Positions 22,636-33,539 of a DNA stretch of 64,000 bases are shown one piece after another. This DNA comes from Pseudomonas aeruginosa PAO1 (GTDB taxonomy: Bacteria > Pseudomonadota > Gammaproteobacteria > Pseudomonadales > Pseudomonadaceae), in NCBI RefSeq assembly GCF_000006765.1, contig NC_002516.2, one strand, 5' to 3'. Both the position numbers and the translations under genes were made by a program. The notes beneath the pieces are model-generated. The model was given only the letters and a program-made list of their open reading frames with translations. It was not told the origin of the DNA and ran no database searches. Each line of letters opens with the position of its first letter. The stretch's first letter is position 1.

Positions 22636-22779
22636 GTGGGCGGCGGGAGATCTGCCAGCCAGGCAAAATATCCTGCGTTTCCCAGCCGTAGCGAACTAGA
22701 ATCCAACCGATCCCGACCGGTTCGCGACAGTTGCTCGTGGCGATTGACAGAATCTGTCAGATCGACGCATATTCACCTA

Positions 22780-22795
22780 ACGCAAACGTTTGCGT
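22780..22795. promoter_or_regulatory. LacI-family operator (probable RbsR site)
   Basis: Perfect palindrome ACGCAAACGTTTGCGT downstream of TTGACA (22744-22749), upstream of rbsB. Confidence 0.8.
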
Positions 22796-22853
22796 CTGGA
22801 TAATCTCCTGGAAAAGCCTCAATACAACGATAAGAAAAGCTGGAGGATACACC

Positions 22854-23813
22854 ATGAAGCGGGTCGCTTCCCGGCGCCTGTTGGCTGCCGTTGTGCTGAC
22901 TGCCTGTTCCTCGTTCCTGCCCCTGTCCGCCGTCCACGCGGAAACTCCCGAGAAGCCCAGGATCGCGCTGGTGATGAAGTCGCTGGCGAACGAGTTCTTC
23001 CTGACCATGGAGGACGGCGCCAAGGCCTACCAGAAGGAGCATGCCGACCGGTTCGAACTGGTTTCCAACGGCATCAAGGACGAGACCGATACCTCCAGCC
23101 AGATCCGCATCGTCGAGCAGATGATCGTTTCCGGGGTCGACGCACTGGTGATCGCGCCGGCCGATTCCAAGGCGCTGGTGCCGGTGGTGAAGAAAGCGCT
23201 GGACGCCGGCATCGTGGTGGTCAACATCGACAACCGCTTCGACCCGCAGGTGCTGCAGGCGAAGAAGATCGGCGTGCCCTTCGTCGGGCCCGACAACCGC
23301 AAGGGTGCGCGGCTGGTCGGCGAGTACCTGGCGAAGCGACTGAAGGTCGGCGACGAGGTCGGCATCATCGAAGGGGTCTCCACGACCACCAATGCCCAGC
23401 AGCGCACCGCCGGTTTCAAGGATGCGATGGACGCGGCGGGGATGAAGATCGTCTCCTTGCAGTCGGGCAACTGGGAAATCGAGAAGGGCAACGCGGTGGC
23501 CTCGGCGATGCTCAACGAGCATCCTGACCTCAAGGCGCTGCTCGCCGGCAACGACAGCATGGCCCTCGGCGCGGTATCGGCGGTGCGCGCGGCGGGCCGC
23601 GCCGGGCAGGTGAAGGTGGTCGGCTACGACAATATCCAGGCGATCAAGCCGATGCTCAAGGATGGCCGGGTGCTGGCCACTGCCGACCAGTTCGCCGCGA
23701 AGCAGGCGGTGTTCGGTATCCAGACCGCGCTCAAGCTGCTCGCCGGGCAAACCCCGGAACATGAGAAGGACGGCGTGGTCGAGACGCCTGTCGAGTTGGT
23801 GACCGCGCCCTGA
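22854..23813 (+). CDS. rbsB: Ribose ABC transporter periplasmic binding protein
   Basis: Signal peptide, sugar-binding protein fold, first gene of the operon with rbsK. Confidence 0.9.
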   Translation: MKRVASRRLLAAVVLTACSSFLPLSAVHAETPEKPRIALVMKSLANEFFLTMEDGAKAYQKEHADRFELVSNGIKDETDTSSQIRIVEQMIVSGVDALVIAPADSKALVPVVKKALDAGIVVVNIDNRFDPQVLQAKKIGVPFVGPDNRKGARLVGEYLAKRLKVGDEVGIIEGVSTTTNAQQRTAGFKDAMDAAGMKIVSLQSGNWEIEKGNAVASAMLNEHPDLKALLAGNDSMALGAVSAVRAAGRAGQVKVVGYDNIQAIKPMLKDGRVLATADQFAAKQAVFGIQTALKLLAGQTPEHEKDGVVETPVELVTAP

Positions 23814-23834
23814 GCCGTCCGATGGAGCCTTCCC

Positions 23835-25367
23835 ATGTCTAGCGACGCATTGCCGCTGCTGAGCATCCGCGGGGTCGGCAAGACCTACGCGCAGCCGGTG
23901 CTGGCGGAGATCGACCTGCAACTGTTCGGCGGCGAGGTGCTGGCCCTGACCGGCGAGAACGGCGCCGGCAAGAGCACCCTGTCGAAGATCGTCGGCGGCC
24001 TGGAGCGTCCCGGCGCCGGCAGCCTGGAACTCCTCGGCCGGCCCTACGCCCCCGCTAGCCGCCGCGAGGCCGAGGCGCTGGGCGTGCGCATGGTGATGCA
24101 GGAACTGAACCTGCTGCCGACCCTGTCGGTGGCGGAGAACCTGTTCCTCCACGACCTGCCCCGGCGCGCCGGCTGGATCGACCGTCGGCGCCTGCGCGCG
24201 GCGGCCCGCGAGGCGATGGCCCAGGTCGGCCTGGAGGCGATCGATCCCGACACGCTGGTCGGCGACCTCGGCATCGGCCACCAGCAGATGGTCGAGATCG
24301 CCCGCAACCTGATCGGCGACTGCCGCTTGCTGATCCTCGACGAACCCACGGCGATGCTTACCGCGCGCGAAGTGGACATGCTCTTCGAGCAGGTCGAGCG
24401 GCTGCGCGAACGCGGCGTGGCGATCGTCTACATCTCCCATCGCCTGGAAGAGCTGGCGCGGATTTCGCAGCGCATCGCGGTGTTGCGCGATGGCCGCCTG
24501 GTCTGCGTCGAGCCGATCGAGCGCTACGACGCCGACCAACTGGTGACCCTGATGGTCGGCCGCGACCTGGGCGAGCGCTTCGACCTGGGCCCACGGCAGA
24601 CCGGTGCGCCGCTGCTGCGGGTGGAGCGGCTGAGCCGGCGCGGCAAGGTGCATGAGGTGTCGTTCGAGGTGCGCGCGGGGGAGATCTTCGGCATTTCCGG
24701 ACTGATCGGCTCCGGGCGCACCGAATTGTTGCGCCTGATCTACGGCGCCGACCGCGCCGACGGTGGGCAGGTCCTGCTCGGCGATCCGCCGCAGCGCCTG
24801 AGCCTGCGTTCGCCGGCCGACTCGGTGCGCCAGGGGGTGGCGCTGATCACCGAGGACCGCAAGGGCGAGGGCCTGCTGCTGGACCAGTCGATCAGCGCCA
24901 ACCTCGCCCTGGGCAACCTGCCGGCGCTGGCGCGCCACGGGGTGATCGACCGGCGCCGCGAGGAAGCCCTGGCGCGGCGCCAGGTGGAGGCGCTGCGGGT
25001 GCGCTGCGCGGACACCGCGCAGGCGGTGGGCGAACTGTCCGGCGGCAACCAGCAGAAGGTGGTGATCGGCCGCTGGCTGGAACGCGACTGCCAGGTGCTG
25101 CTGTTCGACGAGCCGACCCGTGGCATCGACGTCGGCGCCAAGTTCGACATCTATGCCTTGCTCGCCGAACTGACCCGCCGGGGCAAGGCGCTGGTGGTGG
25201 TGTCCAGCGACCTGCGCGAGCTGATGCTGATCTGCGATCGCATCGGCGTGCTCTCGGCGGGACGTATGGTGGACACCTTCGAGCGCGACGCCTGGACCCA
25301 GGACGCGCTGCTGGCGGCGGCCTTCGCCGGTTACAAGAAACGCGACGCGCTGCTGGCGACGTCGTGA
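23835..25367 (+). CDS. rbsA: Ribose ABC transporter ATPase (two NBDs)
   Basis: GENGAGKST, LDEPT, LSGGNQQKV and DEPTRGIDVGAK. Confidence 0.93.
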   Translation: MSSDALPLLSIRGVGKTYAQPVLAEIDLQLFGGEVLALTGENGAGKSTLSKIVGGLERPGAGSLELLGRPYAPASRREAEALGVRMVMQELNLLPTLSVAENLFLHDLPRRAGWIDRRRLRAAAREAMAQVGLEAIDPDTLVGDLGIGHQQMVEIARNLIGDCRLLILDEPTAMLTAREVDMLFEQVERLRERGVAIVYISHRLEELARISQRIAVLRDGRLVCVEPIERYDADQLVTLMVGRDLGERFDLGPRQTGAPLLRVERLSRRGKVHEVSFEVRAGEIFGISGLIGSGRTELLRLIYGADRADGGQVLLGDPPQRLSLRSPADSVRQGVALITEDRKGEGLLLDQSISANLALGNLPALARHGVIDRRREEALARRQVEALRVRCADTAQAVGELSGGNQQKVVIGRWLERDCQVLLFDEPTRGIDVGAKFDIYALLAELTRRGKALVVVSSDLRELMLICDRIGVLSAGRMVDTFERDAWTQDALLAAAFAGYKKRDALLATS

Positions 25368-25390
25368 ACACGCAACGCAAGGAACCAGAA

Positions 25391-26389
25391 ATGAGCGACC
25401 CGACGTCTTCCGCTACCGCCGCCGCAGCGCCAACCCTGCGACGCGGCAACTATTTCGGCCTGGGCACCTACCTCGGCCTGGCCGGCGCGCTGCTGGCGAT
25501 GATCGCGCTGTTCTCGGCGCTGAGCAGCCACTTCCTCAGCTATGGCACCTTCCTCGCCATCGCCAACCAGATCCCCGACCTGGTGGTGCTGGCGGTGGGC
25601 ATGACCTTCATTCTGATCGTCGGCGGCATCGATCTCTCGGTAGGTTCGGTGCTGGCCCTGGCGGCCTCGGCGGTAAGCCTGGCGACGCTCGGCTGGGGCT
25701 GGGGCGTGCTGCCGGCGGCGATGCTCGGGATGGCCTGCGCGACCCTGGCCGGCTGCGTCACCGGTTCGATCACGGTGGCCTGGCGGATTCCCTCGTTCAT
25801 CGTGTCCCTCGGGGTGCTGGAGATGGCCCGTGGGCTGGCCTACCAGATGACCGACTCGCGCACGGCCTATATCGGCGACGCCTATGCCTGGCTGTCCAAT
25901 CCGCTGGCGTTCGGCATTTCGCCGGCCTTCGTGATCGCCCTGCTGGTGATGTTCGCCGCCCAGGCGGTGCTCACCCGCACGGTGTTCGGCCGCTACCTGA
26001 TCGGCATCGGCACCAACGAAGAAGCGGTGCGATTGGCCGGTGTGAACCCGAAACCCTATAAGATTGCAGTATTCGCCCTGATGGGGCTGCTCGCCGGGTT
26101 GGCCGCGCTGTTCCAGATCTCGCGTCTGGAAGCGGCCGATCCCAACGCCGGGGTCGGCCTGGAACTCCAGGTCATCGCCGCGGTGGTGATCGGCGGCACC
26201 AGCCTGATGGGCGGGCGAGGTTCGGTGGTCAGCACCTTCTTCGGCGTGCTGATCATTTCCGTATTGGCGGCGGGGCTGGCGCAGATCGGTGCGTCGGAGC
26301 CGACCAAACGAATCATTACCGGGGCGGTGATCGTGGTAGCGGTGGTGCTGGATACCTATCGCAGCCATCGCGCCCGCAGACAGGGCTGA
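25391..26389 (+). CDS. rbsC: Ribose ABC transporter permease
   Basis: GGIDLSVGS, RIPSFIVSLG, IGTNEEAVRLAG and IAAVVIGGTSLMGGRG. Confidence 0.93.
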   Translation: MSDPTSSATAAAAPTLRRGNYFGLGTYLGLAGALLAMIALFSALSSHFLSYGTFLAIANQIPDLVVLAVGMTFILIVGGIDLSVGSVLALAASAVSLATLGWGWGVLPAAMLGMACATLAGCVTGSITVAWRIPSFIVSLGVLEMARGLAYQMTDSRTAYIGDAYAWLSNPLAFGISPAFVIALLVMFAAQAVLTRTVFGRYLIGIGTNEEAVRLAGVNPKPYKIAVFALMGLLAGLAALFQISRLEAADPNAGVGLELQVIAAVVIGGTSLMGGRGSVVSTFFGVLIISVLAAGLAQIGASEPTKRIITGAVIVVAVVLDTYRSHRARRQG

Positions 26390-26392
26390 ACG

Positions 26393-27406
26393 ATGGCGAC
26401 AATGAAGGACGTGGCGGCGATGGCGGGGGTTTCCTTCACCACCGTATCGCATGTGGTGAACAGGACGCGGCCGGTCAGCGACGCGGTGCGCAAGAAGGTC
26501 GAGGACGCCATCGCGCAGCTGCACTACGTGCCCAGCGCGGTGGCGCGCTCGCTGAAGGTGCGCACCACCTCGATCATCGGCCTGCTGGTGCCGAACAGTA
26601 CCAACCCGTATTTCGCCGAGCTGTCGCGCGGCATCGAGGATTGCTGCGAGCGCAACGGCTACTGCGTGATCCTCTGCAATTCCGACGACAACCCGCAGAA
26701 GCAGGCCAACTACCTGCGCGTGCTCCAGGAGAAACGCATCGACGGCCTGGTCCTGGCGTCCGCCGGCGGCGACGGCGCGCTGGCCAAGGGACTGGCGAAC
26801 ATGCGCACGCCGACCGTGATCGTCGACCGCGAGGTGGAAGGCGTGGAAGCCGACCGGGTGCAGATCGACCATGAGATGGGCGCCTACCTGGCGACCCGCC
26901 ACCTGCTCGAACTGGGCCATCGCGACATCGCCTGCATCGGCGGGCCGCTGTCGACCAAGGTCTCGACGCTGCGGGTGGAGGGCTACCGGCGGGCGATGGC
27001 CAAGGCCGGCCTGGAGGTGCGCCCGCAGTGGCTGCTGGAAAGCGAGTTCAGCAGCCCCGGCGGCTACCACGCGGCGCTCGGCCTGCTGGGCGGCGAGGGC
27101 GAGCGACCGACGGCGATCGTCGCCGGCAACGACATGATCGGCATCGGCGTGCTGCGCGCCGCGGCCGAGCTGAATATCAGGGTGCCGCACGAACTGTCGG
27201 TGATCGGCTTCGACGATATCGAGCTGAGCCGCTTCGTGTTTCCCGCCTTGACCACCGTGGGCCAGTCGATCCGCCTGCTTGGCGAGATCGCCGCGCAACT
27301 GCTGCTGCAACGCATCGCCGAGCGCGAGGAGCCGATGCAGCGGCGGGTGGTGGCGCCGGCGCTGGTCCTGCGCGAATCCACCGCGCCGCCGCTGGTGCGG
27401 GTCTGA
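26393..27406 (+). CDS. rbsR: LacI-family ribose operon repressor
   Basis: TMKDVAAMAGVSFTTVSHVVN HTH plus sugar-binding domain. Confidence 0.92.
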   Translation: MATMKDVAAMAGVSFTTVSHVVNRTRPVSDAVRKKVEDAIAQLHYVPSAVARSLKVRTTSIIGLLVPNSTNPYFAELSRGIEDCCERNGYCVILCNSDDNPQKQANYLRVLQEKRIDGLVLASAGGDGALAKGLANMRTPTVIVDREVEGVEADRVQIDHEMGAYLATRHLLELGHRDIACIGGPLSTKVSTLRVEGYRRAMAKAGLEVRPQWLLESEFSSPGGYHAALGLLGGEGERPTAIVAGNDMIGIGVLRAAAELNIRVPHELSVIGFDDIELSRFVFPALTTVGQSIRLLGEIAAQLLLQRIAEREEPMQRRVVAPALVLRESTAPPLVRV

Positions 27407-27459
27407 ACCGGGCGCCGGGGGCGCCCTCGCTAGAGAGAGGCTGGAACAAGGACGCAACG

Positions 27460-28386
27460 ATGCAAGCGAAAGTACTGGTGGTGGGCAGCCTGAACATGGA
27501 CCTGGTAGTGCGCGCGCCGCGCCTGCCACGGGGCGGCGAGACCCTCGCCGGGCAGTCCTTCATCACCGTTCCCGGCGGCAAGGGAGCCAACCAGGCGGTC
27601 GCCGCGGCGCGTCTCGGCGCGGAGGTGGCGATGATCGGCTGCCTTGGCGACGATGCCTACGGCGACCAGTTGTACCGTGCGCTACAGGCCGAGGGCATCG
27701 ACTGCCAGGGCGTCGAGCGGGTGGCCGGGGAGTCCAGCGGAGTGGCGCTGATCGTGGTCGACGACAGCAGCCAGAACGCCATCGTCATCGTCGCCGGCGG
27801 CAACGGCCACCTGTCGCCGGCCGTGCTGGCGCGCCACGAGCACTTGCTGGAGCAGGCGCAGGTGGTAGTCTGCCAACTGGAAAGCCCGCTGGAGACGGTT
27901 GGCCATGTGCTGCGCCGGGCCCATGCGCTGGGCAAGACGGTGATCCTCAACCCGGCGCCGGCCACCCGCGACGTGCCGGCGGAGTGGCTGCCGCTGGTGG
28001 ACTACCTGGTCCCCAACGAGACCGAAAGCGAACTGCTCTGCCGCCTGCCGGTGGACTCCCTGGAGAGCGCCGGGCGTGCCGCCGAGCGCCTGCGCGAAAT
28101 GGGCGCCGGCAGGGTGATCGTCACCCTCGGCGCCCAGGGCGCCCTGCTGGTAGGCGAGGGGCGGGTCGAGCATTTCCCGGTGGCGCGGGTCAAGGCGCTG
28201 GATACCACGGCGGCCGGCGACACCTTCGTCGGCGGCTTCGCCGCGGCCCTTGCGCGCGGCCTCGACGAGGCGGCGGCGATCCGCTTCGGCCAGGCCGCCG
28301 CGGCGATCTCGGTGACCCGCCTCGGCGCGCAGACCTCGATCCCCTCGCGCGAGGAAGTCGAGCGGGCGCTCGTTGGCGAGGCTTGA
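27460..28386 (+). CDS. rbsK: Ribokinase
   Basis: GSLNMD, PGGKGANQAVAAARLG and DTTAAGDTFVG. Confidence 0.95.
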   Translation: MQAKVLVVGSLNMDLVVRAPRLPRGGETLAGQSFITVPGGKGANQAVAAARLGAEVAMIGCLGDDAYGDQLYRALQAEGIDCQGVERVAGESSGVALIVVDDSSQNAIVIVAGGNGHLSPAVLARHEHLLEQAQVVVCQLESPLETVGHVLRRAHALGKTVILNPAPATRDVPAEWLPLVDYLVPNETESELLCRLPVDSLESAGRAAERLREMGAGRVIVTLGAQGALLVGEGRVEHFPVARVKALDTTAAGDTFVGGFAAALARGLDEAAAIRFGQAAAAISVTRLGAQTSIPSREEVERALVGEA

Positions 28387-28408
28387 GAGGGACGGTGCCG
28401 TTGCTACC

Positions 28409-28437
28409 GGCGGATAACGCCTGCGGCGTTATCCGCC
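28409..28437. repeat. Pseudomonas REP-type palindrome between convergent rbsK and fapF
   Basis: GGCGGATAACGCC-TGC-GGCGTTATCCGCC, perfect 13-bp arms. Confidence 0.8.
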
Positions 28438-28519
28438 CTGCGCAGCTAGGCGAGGATCGCTCCCAGGCTCACGCATCCCTTCGAGGGGTAAGGCATGCCC
28501 AGGCTCGAACGGTGGCCCC

Positions 28520-29785
28520 TCAGAAGTAGTAGGGGAATTTCACGCCGAAGGTGAAGTCCGGCGCGTCCGGAGTGATGCCGATGGACAGGCTGGGCACGAT
28601 GCTGAACCTGTTGCTCACCGCATAGGTCATGCCCAGGCCGAAGTAGCCGGCGTTGGCGTCGCTGCCGCTGACGGTCTGCCAGCTCTGGCCGTCCTGCTTG
28701 ACCTTGCTCTTCTGGCTGATCAGTTCGGAGAAGGAGAACGACATGCTCATCTTCTCGTTCAGCGCGAAGGCCACGCCGACGCCGAGTTGGAACCAGTTGC
28801 CGAGCTTGACCTTGCCGCCGGTCTTCACGCCTTGCTGCGGGTTGATGTCGTCGAACGACTCTTCGAAGTTGTAGGTATACGACAGGCTGCCGAACAGCAC
28901 CGCCGGGTCCACCGTCTTCACCAGCGAGATGCCCGGGGTGATCGACCAGACGCCGTTGCCGGTGGGCAGGTCGTCGGGCACGTTGAGGTTGTTGTTGCCC
29001 GGTACCTGCTTCAGCTTGATGCCGTAGGGATCCTTGCCGGTGGGCGCCTTGACCCGCAGGCTGACCACCGCGTCCGGGGTGCTCTCGCTTTCGTCGAGGA
29101 ACTTGTAGGCGACGCCGAAGCTGACGTCGCCCAGGCGTGGGTCGCCGGTCACCGATTTCTCGGTGATCTGCGAGGTCGAGCCGCCGGCGCCGGCGGACTG
29201 GTAGGTCGATTCGCGATAGACCACCGGGGCGTTGATATCCACCTGCCAGCGCTGGTTCCAGTTGTAGCGGCCGGTCAGGTCGAGGGTCCAGATGTCGGCA
29301 TCGATCTGGTCCACGCCGATGTTGCCGAGGAAGATCGAGTCCAGCGCCAGGAAGCCGTTGAGGAACAACTGGCGGGTGTCGTAGTGGCTGTAGGTGAGGC
29401 CGGTCTCCAGGCTGAAGGTGCCGCCGCCGAAGAAGCCGCTGGCGTCCTGGTAGATGTTTTCCACGCTGGGCGCGGGCGCGCCATCGTCCTTGAGGCTGGC
29501 GCCGTAGGTGCCGGCGACCGCGTTGGCGTCGTTGCGCGCCTGCGCCGGCGGCTGGATCGACTTGACCAGGCGTTGCGGCTGCGGCGCCTGGGGTTGCGCC
29601 TCGACCTGGCGCACGCGCTGTTCGAGGACCATCAGGGCGTTCTGCTGGGCCTCGTAGCGTTGGCGCAGCTCCAGGAGTTCCTTCTTCAGCGCCTCGACCT
29701 CGGATTCCGTCGCGGCCTGCGCCAGGAACGGGGAAACCAGGGTGGTGGCGCAGAGGACAGCTCGCAGCGAGAGTGTCTGGGTCAT
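28520..29785 (-). CDS. fapF: Amyloid secretion outer-membrane channel
   Basis: Signal peptide, coiled coil, beta-barrel ending in PYYF; last gene of the six-gene fap cluster. Confidence 0.9.
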   Translation of the reverse strand: MTQTLSLRAVLCATTLVSPFLAQAATESEVEALKKELLELRQRYEAQQNALMVLEQRVRQVEAQPQAPQPQRLVKSIQPPAQARNDANAVAGTYGASLKDDGAPAPSVENIYQDASGFFGGGTFSLETGLTYSHYDTRQLFLNGFLALDSIFLGNIGVDQIDADIWTLDLTGRYNWNQRWQVDINAPVVYRESTYQSAGAGGSTSQITEKSVTGDPRLGDVSFGVAYKFLDESESTPDAVVSLRVKAPTGKDPYGIKLKQVPGNNNLNVPDDLPTGNGVWSITPGISLVKTVDPAVLFGSLSYTYNFEESFDDINPQQGVKTGGKVKLGNWFQLGVGVAFALNEKMSMSFSFSELISQKSKVKQDGQSWQTVSGSDANAGYFGLGMTYAVSNRFSIVPSLSIGITPDAPDFTFGVKFPYYF

Positions 29786-29845
29786 GTTTGCCGTTCCGTT
29801 TTTATGGCCTTCCGATAGCACAGTGATTTCAGACTAGATCAACTT

Positions 29846-30580
29846 TCAGTAGCCGCTGGGGCGCAGCGCGCGCAATTGCTCCCAGGCGCAATTCAGTGCC
29901 GGATCGGCGCCCGGCCGGTCCTTGAGCATCACCTCGAGCGCCGCCAGGTTCTGCACCAGGTTGCGGTTTCCGCTGAGCGCCACGCTCTGCACCAGGCCGC
30001 CGGCGCCGAGGCTTTGCAGGCTGGCGCCCTGGCCGCTGGCCTGGATCGCCAGTTGCAGGGCGCCGCCGTTCGGCGTGACCTTGACCGTGCCGGTCTCGCC
30101 GCTGAGGGCGAGCGCACCTTCCAGCGGCGTGCCGCCCGACAGTGGCGGCGGCGCCTCGCCGTGGCGGACCTCGATGCTGACGCCATTGCTGGCGCTGTTG
30201 TGGTCGCCGGCGGTGCGGATGCTCTGGCTGACCCCCTGGGTCTGCGCCAGTCCGGCGCCGCCGAGGACCTGGCCGTTGCCGGCGACGGGTGGCGGGGCGT
30301 CGCCTGGCCGATCGACCAGGGTGACGTTGAGGACCGGGCGCGCCAGGTTCTGCCGCACCTGCAGGTCGACGCGTGCGCCGAGGACCTGGCCGCTGGCGTT
30401 CTGCCAGGTGCTGCTCATGGTCACCCCGAAGCTGACGATCCGCCCCGGCAGCACGTAGCGCCCGCGCAACTGGGAAAGCTCCTGGTCGCTCAGTTCGGCG
30501 GGGGCGAAGAGGTCGCTGGCGGGGGCGGGCAGCGCAGCGCCCAGGCAGCAGGCGAGGACGAAGCAGTGGTGCGTGTACAT
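29846..30580 (-). CDS. fapE: Fap amyloid accessory protein
   Basis: ELSDQELSQLRGRY motif and position in the operon. Confidence 0.85.
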   Translation of the reverse strand: MYTHHCFVLACCLGAALPAPASDLFAPAELSDQELSQLRGRYVLPGRIVSFGVTMSSTWQNASGQVLGARVDLQVRQNLARPVLNVTLVDRPGDAPPPVAGNGQVLGGAGLAQTQGVSQSIRTAGDHNSASNGVSIEVRHGEAPPPLSGGTPLEGALALSGETGTVKVTPNGGALQLAIQASGQGASLQSLGAGGLVQSVALSGNRNLVQNLAALEVMLKDRPGADPALNCAWEQLRALRPSGY

Positions 30581-30611
30581 GGCGTGCTCCCGGAGCATCC
30601 GGCTCCTGCGA

Positions 30612-31292
30612 TCAGAAGAAATCGCTCTGGATGAAGCCGAACTCCATCAGTTCGGCGTCCCTGACCGGTTTGAAGCGGTCCAGGCGATTGCGCGCGGTCA
30701 GCGGTTCGGGCGGCGTCAGCAGCGGATTGCCGCGGTCGTATCCCTGGCCGATCACGGCGAAGACGATGCCGTTCCAGCCCTTGGCGAACTCTGTCAGCGC
30801 GTAGCGTTTGTGCCCCAGCGCCGGGTCACCCACGTACACGTACTCGCCCTGGGTGCGTTGCAGGACGACGAAGTGCTTGTAGCCGCGGATTTCCATCAGC
30901 ACGATGGCGGGGATCTTCAGTTGTTCCAGTTGCGCCGCCTCGATGCGGTAGCCGCGCGCGCGCATGCCCATGGATTCGACGTAGCGCTTCATGTCGAGCA
31001 TGGAGAAGCCCTGGGTGCGGACGATCTCCGGGTCGGCGTGGGCGAGCATGCCCTGGATCACCGCCTGCTCGTCGAGCGGGGCGCCGTAGGCCTTCTCCAG
31101 GATGGTCGCGAGGGCCGCGGCGCCGCAGCTGAAATCGGTCTTCTGCTCGACCAGGTCGGCGAAGCGCCGCTCGCGGATGCTCTGCACCTGCTTGTAGACC
31201 AGGCCGCCGCCGGGCAGGGCGGGAAAGCCGAGGGTCGCCGCCTGGGTGGTGAGGTCGACGAGCAGCAGCAGGGAAAGGATGAGCGTGCGCAT
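30612..31292 (-). CDS. fapD: C39-like peptidase of the fap system
   Basis: QKTDFSCGAA, HFVVL and GDPALG. Confidence 0.9.
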   Translation of the reverse strand: MRTLILSLLLLVDLTTQAATLGFPALPGGGLVYKQVQSIRERRFADLVEQKTDFSCGAAALATILEKAYGAPLDEQAVIQGMLAHADPEIVRTQGFSMLDMKRYVESMGMRARGYRIEAAQLEQLKIPAIVLMEIRGYKHFVVLQRTQGEYVYVGDPALGHKRYALTEFAKGWNGIVFAVIGQGYDRGNPLLTPPEPLTARNRLDRFKPVRDAELMEFGFIQSDFF

Positions 31293-31353
31293 GGCCGGTT
31301 CCCGTGTCGGGTGGAAAAGGGTTCCGGCTGGCGCCGGAACCCCTGGGCCAGGA

Positions 31354-32376
31354 TCAGAAGCCAAGGCTCTCGCCACCGGCCGGGCAGCTGCTGCAACCGG
31401 CGGCGATGGACAGGGAGTTGCTCTGCTGGTTGCCGCCACCGGCGGCGATGTTCACCCCGACGTTGCCCGAGACGTTCTGCAACGAGTTGCTCAGGCTGGC
31501 GTTGTTGGTGACCGGGGTCTTGAAGCCGACGATCGCCGGGATGAAGCCGGACACCGTGCCTTTCAGGTCGACGTCGCCCTTTTCCTTGAAGGCGAACGCG
31601 CCGCCGTCGTGGTTCAGGTCCTTGGCGCCCTGGGCCTGGCTGTCCACGTCGATGTGGCCGGTATTGCTGCCGCCCGGATGGGTCTGGCCTTCCCAGGTGT
31701 CGAGGTAGACGTCGCCGATCTGGTCGGAGGTGCCCTTGTAGCTGCCGTCGGCGTTCAGCTTCAGCGACACGTAGGTGCCGCCATAGGCGTAGTTGGCGCT
31801 GTTGACGGTGGTGTTGCCGGTGGAGGTCTGCGACGCGGCGCTACCGGCAGTGCTGTACTGGCCGTTGGAGACGGCGGCGGCCAGGTCGTTCTTCTGCTGG
31901 TTGAAGTTGCCGGCGGCGACGTTCACGCCCAGGTTGCCCGAGACGTTGTTGGCCGAGTTGCTCAGCGATGCGGTGTTGGGGTTGGAGTAGTTGTTCAGCG
32001 TATTGCCGTAGCCGCTCTGCAGCACGCTGGTGCTGGCGGTCGCGGTGCCGAACACGAAGCTGGCGTCGGCGCTGGCCAGCGCGGCGGCGTTGGCCTGCTG
32101 GTTGTTGTCGCCGGCGGCGACGTTGACCCCGACGTTGCCCGAGGCATCCTTGATCGAGCCGCTCACCGAGGCATTGTTCAGCGTGCCGAAGTTGCTGACC
32201 TTGTTGTTGTAGTTCTGCTGCGTATCCACCACCAGGGCCGTGGCTCCGCCCTTGTTGTTCGACTGCGGGTTGGGTTTCGGCGGGTGCCAGCCACCTTCGT
32301 TTCCGGCGTAGGCCGATACCGACAGCACTGCAGCCATTGCCAGGGCCAGCGGGGTCAGGACCATAGTCGCTTTCAT
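31354..32376 (-). CDS. fapC: Major functional amyloid subunit (340 aa)
   Basis: Three imperfect N.AS...S....SGN.GVN.AAG..NQQ.N repeats and a C-terminal CSSC. Confidence 0.95.
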   Translation of the reverse strand: MKATMVLTPLALAMAAVLSVSAYAGNEGGWHPPKPNPQSNNKGGATALVVDTQQNYNNKVSNFGTLNNASVSGSIKDASGNVGVNVAAGDNNQQANAAALASADASFVFGTATASTSVLQSGYGNTLNNYSNPNTASLSNSANNVSGNLGVNVAAGNFNQQKNDLAAAVSNGQYSTAGSAASQTSTGNTTVNSANYAYGGTYVSLKLNADGSYKGTSDQIGDVYLDTWEGQTHPGGSNTGHIDVDSQAQGAKDLNHDGGAFAFKEKGDVDLKGTVSGFIPAIVGFKTPVTNNASLSNSLQNVSGNVGVNIAAGGGNQQSNSLSIAAGCSSCPAGGESLGF

Positions 32377-32432
32377 GGCGTTTCTCCTTGCATTTCTGTG
32401 CTTAGTGTTGGGCTTGTGTTGGCTTGGCAGAG

Positions 32433-33002
32433 TCATTCCATGACCCTGACGCTGAGGGTGTTCATCGACTGATTGCCCACCCCAGCGCTCTGGTTCACCT
32501 GCACCACGCCGCTGCTCCCGGCGAAGGCGCGATCGTCCGTCGAGACGCTGCGTCCCCCCGGGACCGGAGTGGCCGAACCGGAGACTTTGGTCAGCGCCAC
32601 GCTTTGCGCGAGAACGCTGTCATCCAGGCTTTCCGGGCCGTTGCTGAGACTCAGCCGGAAGGCGTTGATCTGTTGGTTGCCGAGGCCGGCGCCCTGGTTG
32701 ACGCCGAGGATGCCGCTGCCGCGCAGCGCCGCCCCCGAGATGCTGGCGCTGGCTGCGATCGGCTGGCTGGCGTCGAGTTGCAGATGCTGGCGCTGGTCGC
32801 TGCCGACGAGGGCCGCGGAGCCTACCGCGACGACACGAACGTTGCTCTGTTGCTGGGCGTCGCCGGCGGCCTGGTTGAGGGCGAAGTTGCCGCGGTAGGT
32901 GCCGCTGTCATCGATGCTGGCGCGATTGCGTGAGGCCAGCGGGTCGGCCTGGAGCGACGCGATACAGGCGAAGGCGAGGAGGAGGGCGGACAGGCGCTTC
33001 AT
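32433..33002 (-). CDS. fapB: Minor amyloid subunit/nucleator
   Basis: Signal peptide and three short NQ.AG..NQQ.N repeats. Confidence 0.9.
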
Positions 33003-33487
33003 TGACCACCCCCGAGCATCTGCAGCGGTGCCAGGCCCTGCTTGAGGCTGCCGTTGATCTGCCCGGCGAGGCCTGCGCCGGCGCCGCCTCCCGCGCCGTG
33101 GGTGGTGCCGAGGTTGCCGACGGCCTGGACCGTCGCCGGGTTCGCCGGCTGGCTGGCGAAACCCGGCAGGGCGCTTCCGGTGAGAATCATGCTGCGAATC
33201 CCGGAACCGCTGGTCACGATGGCGAAGTCGGCATCGCCCAGTTCGCGGCTCACGGTATTGCCGCTGGCCGCCCCGTTGGCGAGGGCGTTGACCTCGGCGG
33301 AGACGTTGGTGTCGACGACGGTGGGATGTGGGTCGGGCACCATGCTCGGACGGTAGGCGACCCGTGGCTGGACCTGGCGCTGGACGACGATCGTACCGTC
33401 CGCCGCATGCGCGGGGAGGCTCACCGGCACGGAGCCGACGATGACCAGCAGCGCTGGAACGACGATGCGTAGCGAACTCCCCGACAT
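32999..33487 (-). CDS. fapA: Fap accessory protein
   Basis: Signal peptide; first gene of the operon, overlapping the fapB start. Confidence 0.8.
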
Positions 33488-33539
33488 GATGGCGCTTCCT
33501 TCGTTGGCGCTGAGCCCTAATCAGCGTTGGCAGGGAGCG

